Positions 48,201 through 57,315 of a DNA stretch of 64,000 bases are shown here, in pieces. The position numbers were made by a program, and so were the translations under genes. Within the stretch, counting starts at the first letter, position 1. Each line of letters starts with the position of its first letter. Origin of the DNA: Macrostomum hystrix (taxonomy: Eukaryota > Animalia > Platyhelminthes); the NCBI GenBank assembly GCA_950097015.1, contig CATNEN010000039.1:8928001-8992000 (forward strand), in the 5' to 3' direction. A model generated the notes under the pieces. The model saw only the letters and a program-made list of their open reading frames with translations, did no database searches and was not told the DNA's origin.

Positions 48201-51200
48201 ATCATATCTAACTGGATTCTAATCATATCTAACTGGATTCTAATCATATCTAACTGGATTCTAATCATATCTAACTGGATTCTAATCATATCTAACAGGA
48301 TTATAATCATATCTAACAGGATTATAATCATATCTAACTGGATTCTAATCATATCTAACTGGATTCTAATCATATCTAACTGGATTCTAATCATATCTAA
48401 CTGGATTATAATCATATCTAACTGGATTCTAATCATATCTAACAGGATTATAATCATATCTAACAGGATTATAATCATATCTAACAGGTCTCTGATCATA
48501 TCTAACAGGATTCTAATCATATCTAACTGGATTCTAATCATATCTAACTGGATTCTAATCATATCTAACAGGATTCTAATCATATCTAACTGGATTCTAA
48601 TCATATCTAACTGGATTCTAATCATATCTAACTGGATTCTAATCATATCTAACTGGATTCTAATCATATCTAACTGGATTCTAATCATATCTAACTGGAT
48701 TCTAATCATATCTAACAGGATTATAATCATATCTAACTGGATTATAATCATATCTAACTGGATTCTAATCATATCTAACAGGTCTCTGATCATATCTAAC
48801 AGGATTCTAATCATATCTAACTGGATTCTAATCATATCTAACTGGATTCTAATCATATCTAACAGGATTCTAATCATATCTAACAGGATTCTAATCATAT
48901 CTAACTGGATTCTAATCATATCTAACAGGATTCTAATCATATCTGACAGGATTCTAATCATATCTAACAGGATTCTAATCATATCTAACAGGTCTCTGAT
49001 CATATCTAACAGGATTATAATCATATCTAACAGGATTCTAATCATATCTAACTGGATTCTAATCATATCTGACAGGATTCTAATCATATCTAACAGGATT
49101 CTGATCATATCTAACAGGATTATAATCATATCTAACAGGTCTCTGATCATATCTGACAGGATTCTAATCATATCTAACTGGATTCTAATCATATCTAACA
49201 GGATTCTAATCATATCTAACTGGATTCTAATCATATCTGACAGGATTCTAATCATATCTAACAGGATTCTAATCATATCTGACAGGATTCTAATCATATC
49301 TAACAGGATTCTAAGCATATCTAACAGGTTTCTAGTTATATCTAACAGGATTCTAATCATATCTAACAGGATTCTAAGCATATCTAACAGGTTTCTAGTT
49401 ATATCTAACAGGATTCTAATCATATCTAACAGGTTTCTAGTTATATCTAACAGGTTTCTAGTTATATCTAACAGGTTTCTTATGATATCTAACAGTATTC
49501 TAAGCATATCTAACAGGTTTCTAGTTATATCTAACAGGTTTCTAGTTATATCTAACAGGTTTCTAGTTATATCTAACAGGTTTCTAGTTATATCTAACAG
49601 GTTTCTAGTTATATCTAACAGGTTTCTTATGATATCTAACATATTTGTGTCTGTATTTCATCGAATTATTTTGAACTCACCGCAGGTCCTGTGTCACTCC
49701 ATGGCCATCCTCATCCACTACTTCTTTCTGGCCTCTTTCTCCTGGCTGATGAACGAGGCCTTCAACCTGTACATTGTGATCACTTACGCGGCTCACGCGC
49801 ACCAGGATGGCTCGGAGGAGGGCGGCATGTGGCGCTACTACCTCATCGGCTGGAGTGAGCCTTGGCTCGAGAGCCTACAGAGGGATTGAAGACCAATTTA
49901 ACCAGTCTCCCAAAATTAGGATAGACGTTGGCGGGGTGTTCAGACAGACCAAATGCGAAATCAAAATGACGTCACCCGAGTCATCTCTCGAAACATTTCA
50001 GTCGTGCCGATTGCCTTTGTTGGTACTTTCGTTGGCATCAATGGCAATAGTTACTATGCAGTAGACATGTGAGTCCGCTTTTACTGTAGACTTTCCGCTT
50101 TTGCTATTCTCCCCCTAGGGTAAGACCACGGGAGACTTCTAATTAATTAACTGTATAATCACTGCGGTAGAGCTTGTAGCCTTGTGGTTAGAGCGTCGGA
50201 CTCACGACTTGAAGGTCGGGGGTTCGATTCCTGACTCCACTGGAACAATTTGTGTCCTTTAGCAAGACACTTAACTCTGCATTGCTTCAGTTCACCCAGC
50301 TGTTAAATGGGTACCAGCATTAGCTGGGATAATTGAAGGTGGGTGTGGCGTCCCCCCAGTCCATGGACTGAACAGCCGTACGCAGCCTTCAGATGCGCCG
50401 CGCAATAGCTGCGGCTGTGCTGTCGGCTGCACATCTGGCCCAATCGGACAGGTGTCTCTATCTATTTGCAGGGGGGCCCGGGGCACTTGTCGCACAAGCG
50501 ACGGAGCGGCACGCCCCCAGACCGGCGAACTAGGCGCTTTTGCGCCCATCGCGCCGCCTCCCCTAAGGGAGGGACCACACACAGCAGCACAGACCAGCCG
50601 GGGAGGGCAGGAGGCACCCAGAATAGGCAGCAGTGCCCCCCACCCCAGCCCCACACGCACATAGCAGACCAAGCCGGGGGCGGAAGGCTGATAAGAAATC
50701 AGTCCTCAGGGAGGCCGGGTGATGAGTGTACACTTATCCAATCGCGCTGACGGAAGTCCAGAAAGCGCGCGGCGGTGTACACCCGCCCTCCAGCCACCCC
50801 CCGCAAGGTCTCACGCGCCAGCGCCAACGCACACAACTCACACAACACAGAACAGGCACACAGAAGGTAGGAGCGAAGCTATTATTTCAAGCTTTGATTG
50901 CACGAAATATGGTGCACCTCCGCCGGTCGCTACTGTCCAAACCCTCCAACAAGTCCCGAAATTAATCGTGACTTAAAGGGTGAATCGAACTAGCGTCCTT
51001 TGGAGTGCGAGGCAGCGACGTTAGCCACTGACCCACTCGCCCCATCGGACAGGTGTAATCAGTTATTATTAATAATCAGTGCAATAATTAACAATAACGA
51101 CTGACATGATTACATGATGAAATGTTGTGAGCAGAAAAATTATGTCTATATTGTTTTTTTGCCACCAGATACCCAGACGAGAGAATCGTTGAATATCTTG

Positions 51201-52741
51201 ACGATGACAATCTTTTGTGATTCTGGAAGTCGTTTCATCAAATAGAGCGGAACATTTTAGCTTTTTCATTATGATTGTTTGAATATTTTAGGAGATCCAT
51301 AAAATTAAAAACGTGTGCATTCGCCCCGTGGTCTTTGTACAGTTAATTGCTGCCACAAAGGCAGCTAAAATATTTTTTCCTCCTCATCTTCCTCATCTCA
51401 TTGATGCATGCGCCAGAGTGACCCGATACTTATTCCAGGTGCTGGACAGCCAAAGAGAATGTCTGGTTGTACGCCGGTCCCGCCATCGGCATAGTGGCTG
51501 TGAGCACAATCTAAATCATTTGAGTGTGAAAAGTACAATTAGTAGTTATGAGATAAAAATATATGCAACGATTGATTGCTTTGGCTTCAGATCACAGTCA
51601 TGGTACTGACCTTCACCGCTAAGGAGCATCACGAGAGTTCCTACACCAAAGACGAGAAAGCCAACAAGGCGATTACGTGAGTTTCTGTGATCTGAAAATA
51701 ATTATACGACAATGCGCATTTCTTCTACTGGTTTGTAAGTAGTCCAGCGCAAAATTATATTTTTTTGGCCATTATTTTTCTCTATCATCGCTCCCCTCTG
51801 TACAGAATCCACTCGAAGGCCCTGTGGACTCAAGTGATTCTGCTCAGCGTAGCTTGGTCGTTCGCCTTTGTGTCGATAATAATGCACGACATCATTGTGA
51901 AGCTTCTATTCGCCATGTTCAACTGCCTTCAGGTTGGTTTAACAGTAGCAAGACAATTAGGGTATTTCAAATACCACAAATTTATATTTTCTGTATCCTC
52001 GTAAATATTCAACCAATCGCCATGAAATCCAGAAAACAGACTAAAATATAATTTTGAAATCATGTCGGCAACAATTTTTGACTATATTGTATTGCTTATA
52101 TACAGATGGGAGATGGGATGGGATGGGTCAGATGGGTGAAAGTGGTAGAGGATCGAGCTCGGATGATCAATAAGAGGATAAAAAATGAGAGAATTTCGGA
52201 AATTTGACAAAACGGTGTTCTGGGTTTCATATCGCTCTGGGTGCCTCCATCGCAAACGCAGGGCATATTCTTCGTGGTTTTCTACTTCCTGCTCAACGAC
52301 GAAGTGCAGCACAAGTACATGCAGAACCAGAAGATGCGCCTGCTGGCGCTGCACGGACTTCACGACCTCGACACAGACGGCGCTGACCAGTCCGAGCTGC
52401 GCCCGATGGCCTCCGGTGGCTCCTCCGGCGCTGGCGGCGTAGTTACCGAGGACGACGACGAACAAGAAGATGAAGAAGAAGAAGAGGACAGCGCCCTGCA
52501 GCGGCGGCGGCTGCAGGAGCAGAAACTGAAGAAGAAGCGACAGCAGAAGAGGCCGCCACCCGTGAAGCAGCAGCAGCCGCAACAGCTGAGAAAGCGCACT
52601 TCGGTGGCTGCGGCTGCTGCTGCTGGAACTTCCGCTTCCGCCGGAGCCTCCTCCGCTGGCAGCATCGGCGGTGGTGTCGGCGGTGGTGGCAGCGGTGACG
52701 ACGAGAACTCTGACTGCGAGATGATCGTCACATCAGTTTGA
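33221..52741 (+). CDS. Adhesion GPCR: signal peptide-EGF-pentraxin/LamG-HRM-GAIN/GPS-7TM
   Basis: 22 phase-consistent exons: 33221-33326, 33505-33615 (EGF: CLDRPDGYYCECGPGF), 34340-34632, 35579-36020 (QWYHLVWT, FLGEIGHFNMW), 36352-36534 (WPRT..PCP), 37313-37431 (GNWSQPNYDRCVS), 37954-38109, 38208-38273, 38836-39070, 39754-39948, 40033-40117, 40218-40347 (VNSAI), 41275-41324, 43122-43242 (WTQRGC..CACN), 46701-46810 (TM1 SYIGCGVS), 47855-47954 (IHQNF), 49686-49854 (HYFFLASFSWLMNEAFNLY, YYLIGW), 50002-50068, 51439-51499 (CW..GP), 51591-51676, 51806-51932 (FNCLQ), 52262-52741 (GIFFVVFYFLLNDEVQ, acidic tail). Confidence 0.92.
33340..33450. repeat. Short ~23-bp tandem repeat
   Basis: ATAGGGTGTCAGATACCACACTC x~4. 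Confidence 0.8.
33640..34290. repeat. 14-bp C-rich minisatellite
   Basis: AATCCCACATCC(T/C)C repeats filling the intron. Confidence 0.92.
34755..35435. repeat. 10-bp-period minisatellite
   Basis: GGGTCACTC(C/T) units with larger internal block duplications. Confidence 0.92.
36035..36298. repeat. 24-bp minisatellite
   Basis: CTAGACTTCAGGGTGTCTCAGTTC x~10, directly after the donor at 36021. Confidence 0.93.
36650..37272. repeat. 13-bp minisatellite
   Basis: ATCCAAGATCCCT repeats. Confidence 0.93.
37467..37750 (+). mobile_element. CORE-SINE, family B (copy 2)
   Basis: GTGGTTAGGGCGTCGGACTCAAGACTTG..GGTTCGATTCCC head, plus AGTTCACCCAGCTGTTAAA and a 3' part (CCAGTCCATGGACTGAACAGCCG...GCACATCTGG) shared with copy 3. 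Confidence 0.85.
37748..37868. repeat. 15-bp tandem repeat at the SINE 3' end
   Basis: TTGGGTCAGATGGTC x8. Confidence 0.93.
38427..38712 (+). mobile_element. SINE family A (copy 3, 5' truncated)
   Basis: CCCTGAGCTCGATTCCGCGGTGAGGCCACA...GCGGGTCTAGT...CCATTGCCCGCAGCCCTCC followed by a (TTA)n tail. Confidence 0.85.
42140..42932. repeat. 16-bp minisatellite (~49 copies)
   Basis: TGTCACTCTGTCAAT(A/T/G). Confidence 0.96.
44002..44347 (+). mobile_element. SINE family A (copy 4, near full length)
   Basis: GGGGGCTGAGCGGCAGAGCTGTCTAACGCG..CCAAGGTCCCTGAGCTCGATTCC head and shared body. Confidence 0.88.
45470..46152. repeat. 20-bp minisatellite (~33 copies)
   Basis: TGAGCTGTTAGATAT(G/C)ATAA. Confidence 0.96.
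46822..47800. repeat. 21/22-bp minisatellite
   Basis: TTGGATTCCATGTCTAACATG / TAAGGATTCCATATCTAACATG, starting ~12 nt after the TM1-exon donor. Confidence 0.96.
47955..49642. repeat. 21-bp minisatellite (~80 copies)
   Basis: GGATTCTAATCATATCTAAC(A/T), starting at the donor GTAACAG and grading into GGTTTCTAGTTATATCTAACA. Confidence 0.97.
50170..50455 (+). mobile_element. CORE-SINE, family B (copy 3; 3' tail displaced to 51057-51075 by an insertion)
   Basis: Near-identical to copy 1 over head and CORE, and to copy 2 over the 3' part. Confidence 0.9.
50456..51043 (-). mobile_element. tRNA-headed SINE-like element, family C (~590 bp), inserted in the CORE-SINE
   Basis: 13-bp TSD ATCGGACAGGTGT at 50443-50455 and 51044-51056. 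The minus strand starts GGGGCGAGTGGGTCAGTGGCTAACGTCGCTGCCTCGCACTCCAAAGGACGCTAGTTCGATTC (A/B-box-like) and ends ...AATAGATAGAG. Confidence 0.85.
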
Positions 52742-52789
52742 ATTGGCATCTGTAACAAACTTCACTGCTGTGTTTTAATAGCAACAATT

Positions 52790-53095
52790 GCAGGAGTGCT
52801 GCGGGCAATGGCACATCATTTGGTGACACTAGACCCGCAGCCAGCGAGGAGACAATTCTGCCCATTGCTGGCTGCGTGTGTTGACACCTGAGCACACGCA
52901 CACAGATACCGTACGCAGGCACTCGCTCACACAGGTGTGTACATCTGCCCTGACTTTCTCATCGTCAGGCAGTGTGCACTCTCACTGTGCCATGGAGGTT
53001 GGCCTTCAGGGGCGCGAATTGCGCGACAAGCCCCCAAGCATTCTCTCCGCGGCTGCGCCCCAAATGAATGTGGCCTCGCCGCAGAATCGAGCTCA
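52790..53095 (-). mobile_element. SINE family A (copy 5, 5' truncated), ~50 nt after the GPCR stop
   Basis: Reverse complement of the family A body (GAGCTCGATTC..GAGGCCACATTCATTTGGGGCGCAGCCGCGGAGA...GCGGGTCTAGTGTCA). Confidence 0.85.
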
Positions 53096-53579
53096 GTGAC
53101 GCCAGAGGCAAACTCTGCTGTGTTTCGACTTCAACTTTTACTTAAAGTCAATGATTTGTTGTTTTTTAGACTGACCCTCAGTTAATCCTATAGAGGATAA
53201 TCTTTCCAACCCGTCATGAAATCACTGATGCCTAGCTATCTAATATTCGCAACACTTGGACACGAATCGATTAGTTTTTACTTCAATTATTCAATGCTTT
53301 TCCTTTATTTCAAGTCTTCGCAGGGAAAGCATTGAGTGATTTTTGCATATCTAGTTTGAGCAGTCATCATTCGTTATAGTCTTTTTCTAGTCTTTTTCTA
53401 CACATTTATCTTAAGTTGTGAAATATAAATTATCGTGATGTTCCTACTCGAAGTATGATATTTTGTATTTAATACAAACTGCTTTTCCTTATTAGGACCG
53501 TATTTCACTTTGAAAGACAGTCTCATTCTCAGAAACATTGCTTCTTTTGCTGTTTCTTGCCTGAAGCTGTATCGTGGTT

Positions 53580-54685
53580 GCTGGAATCATGGGTATCGAA
53601 GCAACAGTTGTGTCTAGATTCGCAGTTTGAATAGAAGCCAGATTTTCTTTGCAAAGTAGGAATCGCAGCAGGAATCGCAGCTAGATTTGGAGTTGGAATA
53701 GTAGCTAGAGTTGCAGTTGGAATCGTAGCTAGAGTTGCAGTTGGATCGTAGCTAGATTTGCAGTTGGATCGTAGCTAGATTTGTGTTTGCAACGTAGGAA
53801 TCGCAGCAGGAATCGCAGCTAGATTTTGAGTTGGAATAGTAGCTAGAGTTGCAGTTGGAATCGAAGCTAGATTTGCGGTTATAATCGAAGCTAGATTTAC
53901 AGTTGGAATCGTTGCTAGATTTGCAGTTGGAATGGTAGCTAGATTTGCAGTTGGAATCGTAGCTAGATTTGCAGTTGGAATCGTAGCTAGATTTACAGTT
54001 GGAATCGAAGCTAGATTTACAGTTGGAATCGAAGCTAGATTTGCGGTTATAATCGAAGCTAGATTTACAGTTGGAATCGTTGCTAGATTTGCAGTTGGAA
54101 TGGTAGCTAGATTTGCAGTTGGAATCGTAGCTAGATTTGCAGTTGGAATCGTAGCTAGATTTACAGTTGGAATCGTAGCTAGATTTGCAGTTGGAATCGT
54201 AGCTAGATTTGCAGTTGGAATCGTAGCTAGATTTGCAGTTGGAATCGTAGCTAGATTTACAGTTGGAATCGAAGCTAGATTTGCGGTTATAATCGAAGCT
54301 AGATTTACAGTTGGAATCGTAGCTAGATTTGCAGTTGGAATCGTAGCTAGATTTACAGTTGGAATCGAAGCTAGATTTGCGGTTATAATCGAAGCTAGAT
54401 TTACAGTTGGAATCGAAGCTAGATTTGCGGTTATAATCGAAGCTAGATTTACAGTTGGAATCGTTGCTAGATTTACAGTTGGAATCGTAGCTAGATTTGC
54501 AGTTGGAATCGTAGCTAGATTTGCAGTTGGAATCGTAGCTAGATTTGCAGTTGGAATCGTAGCTAGATTTACAGTTGGAATCGTAGGTAGATTTGCAGTT
54601 GGAATCGTAGCTAGATTTACAGTTGGAATCGTAGCTAGATTTGCAGTTGGAATCGTAGCAAGATTTACAGTTGGAATGGTAGCAG
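53580..54685. repeat. 24-bp GGAATCG-family minisatellite (~40 copies plus degenerate 5' units)
   Basis: Unit GTTGGAATCGTAGCTAGATTT(G/A)CA. Confidence 0.96.
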
Positions 54686-55600
54686 AGTACTTTAGTGTTG
54701 AGTCGCAGGTACAGTCTTTTAAATACCGGCCGCGGGACCCTGCACCACCCTGTCATGGTTTGACGGAAAGACGACCTTGGGTGACGTTGGATCGAAGTGG
54801 ATTATTGTAGATTAACTGAGATAAATTATTCATTTATTTACTTTGGGAACACTAGGCCAGGGCAGCCTGCAAGGCTATCGGGCCAGAGAATGAAGAAAAA
54901 ATAAGAATCGACAGGCTAGCGCAGACTCGCAGAATTATGAATGAATGGAAAATTTTCAAAGCTTTTCGGTGGCAAGGGAACCTTAGTGTGGGGGCAACTA
55001 TCATTTCTTGGCCCGTGCAGACCTCATTGTGCCAGTCTGAGTTGGAGATGAGTAAGGAATGGAGACAAAAAATCTGCGGAGAAGACCAAATGGGCTTCCA
55101 GTTTATTCCACAATGAGCCTTTCTTGTCCCCCCAGAGTTGAGAAGCCTGCTCAACGACCCGGGCCCCTCAATAACAATGCACTCAAAAGCGTTTGTGAGC
55201 AGATCGAGCTGCAGCCAGAGAGATCGAGTGCGCGCTCCGAGAAACAGAAATGAAAGCCAAGGGGCCAAGCAATGGCACACAGAAGACTGGCTAAACAAGA
55301 ACAACTCCCAACCGGCCAATGACAATCTGGCTGCAGCTGGGTGTGAGGCGGGCACGCGGTCTCAGGCTGACCAGTCTGCTCAGTCCTTCTCTCTCCAACC
55401 TGCTGTTGTTGCACGACGCACAGTCGGGCCTCTGGCTTTTCCATGCCCCCCCCGCAAGCGAGGTTGAGAACAATGGAATTTTGTTAGTTATAAGACGAGC
55501 CTAGGGCCGAGCCTAAGACAAATTGCTTTAAAACTTGGAAGGCAAGCAAATACGGCACAAGTTTTTTCCGATTTATTTCCGCACAGCTGCAGAACAAGGC

Positions 55601-56157
55601 ATGCAGAATCGAATGACCGCAGTCCTACTGGCGGTGGCAGCGCTGTCCGTCTCCCGCACACTGGCGCTCAACTGCTACGTGTGCAACAGCCTGGTGGACA
55701 AAGACTGCGCCAGCAGCTCCACACCCAAAGACTACTTAGTCAACTGTACTTCGGGCCGCGCTGTAGGCTCTGACTACGTGTCCCATGCCAATGCCAAGAT
55801 CTGCTGGAAGCAATCGCAAGACAGTGAGTGCAACATCACATCGTCCTGGATAGCTCGTATCTTTAAGATTAAAAATAAGTTTGCAGTATTCCTACAAGCA
55901 CCCAAAGCCTTACTAGCTAATAGTTTTATATCTCCCATACAGTTGACGGCTTCACAATTGTTGATCGAACCTGCGGCCCAGCCGTGGAGGGCAACACCAA
56001 CACCTGCTACGACCGCGTCGGAACCAAGAAGATCAAGGTCCGATACTGCCTATGCACCAACAACGAATGCAACGGTGCAGTCAGCGGTGCGGCAGCCTCA
56101 GTTCTGCCGATGCTGCTGGCAGCGACCTGCAGCTCAGCCATGTGGCTGGGCCTGTAG
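55601..56157 (+). CDS. GPI-anchored Ly6/uPAR three-finger protein (quiver/sleepless-like)
   Basis: Exons 55601-55823 and 55943-56157 (phase 1). Signal peptide, then LNCYVCNS...C...C...ICWK|IDG..RTCG..C..YCLCTNNECNG and a hydrophobic GPI-type tail ASVLPMLLAATCSSAMWLGL*. Confidence 0.92.
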
Positions 56158-56611
56158 TTAACAATGCAGCGGAATTGCCATAGACAATAGATTTCATTCC
56201 GAGAACAAGAACTCCTCTATGATGCGCTCTCAAGCATTGCTTAAATATTGTACTTTTGTGTCATAATCTGGCCAATTGGTCCAAACAGTAATCAGAGGCA
56301 CTAAGCTCTATCGACAATAGTGCATCTCTTAAAGATGATTAAAGTGTCACAATTTTGATTCGTTGAAGAAATTCATCAAATTGCAGATTTAGCTGCCAGA
56401 CTATTAGCTTCCTTAGAAACTTAGTCGCCAGTGACTTTCCAGCATGGATGAATGAATAGAATGGATTGCTATTCTGGCTCTGGCTATTTTCGTTTTTGAC
56501 TCTTTTGCATCCGGTTCCCCCCGTGCCTTTTCATTGGTTGATGATTGCCATAGACAATTGATGTACCACAAGTTTTGATGTGTCGCTGAAGAAATTGCAC
56601 TTACTAAAAGG

Positions 56612-56667
56612 CAAGGACTTCTATATAATAGCATCTATTATTAGATGCTATTATATAGAAGTCCTTG
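56612..56667. mobile_element. 56-bp hairpin MITE with 8-bp TSD
   Basis: Perfect 26-bp inverted arms CAAGGACTTCTATATAATAGCATCTA / TAGATGCTATTATATAGAAGTCCTTG around a 4-nt loop, flanked by CTAAAAGG direct repeats (56604-56611, 56668-56675). Confidence 0.88.
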
Positions 56668-57039
56668 CTAAAAGGGCACACACAAAGGTACTCCCTCGAT
56701 GATGAAACTGAACTTACTACTTAGGCCGGGAGAGTTCTGGGCGAAATAGAAGTTACTTGTGTTGAAATAGAACTTTAAAACCAATTTCATAACTCCAATA
56801 GTAAAATTCAGATAAAGCATCGCCAGTAATCCATTATTGTAGCATTTTCATCGCACCCTCATCATCACCCTCGACATAAAATCTGAAATGCACATTAGAA
56901 TTAGCTTAAAGAATGCTGACCCTTGATCATTTTTGTTTATTTTCCTTAAAATTTCGAACGCGATAACTTTCTCAACGATCCAGAACACCGCGGGCCAAAA
57001 TTTTCCGCTTTATACGATTAAACAACTAACAAAATCACA

Positions 57040-57315
57040 AAACATCGGCACCGTCGAGATATTCAACGATTCTCTACCAGAAATGGGATAATTTTTTGCT
57101 CACAAAATTTTATCATGTTACGTACCATGTCGTCCATCATTGCTAACTAATTTTGATTGATTAATTTTTTTTACCAATATGGATTCGCCATAGAAGTTGA
57201 TTCTATACAGAGCAATTGTCACCAGGGTCTTCGACAAGAATCGCTGAATATCTTGACGATGCTGACGTCGGACGGCTTTGAAAGTTAGTTCATCGTAAAG
57301 GGTGGAAAATGTTGA
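57040..57315. mobile_element. Dispersed repeat, family D, with an internal inverted segment
   Basis: 57228-57310 matches 23745-23825 (reverse) and 40875-40925. CGTCGAGATATTCAACGATTC (57052-57072) is inverted relative to GAATCGCTGAATATCTTGACG (57238-57258), and a similar segment occurs at ~51183-51206. Confidence 0.6.

Noticed and set aside
53752-54810. SSYDSNCK / VARFAVGI repeat ORFs
   Set aside because: 24-bp minisatellite open on both strands because its period is a multiple of 3.
54850-55515. Possible transposon or extra gene upstream of Ly6
   Set aside because: No convincing TIR, TSD or protein motif. It may simply be the Ly6 promoter or 5' region.
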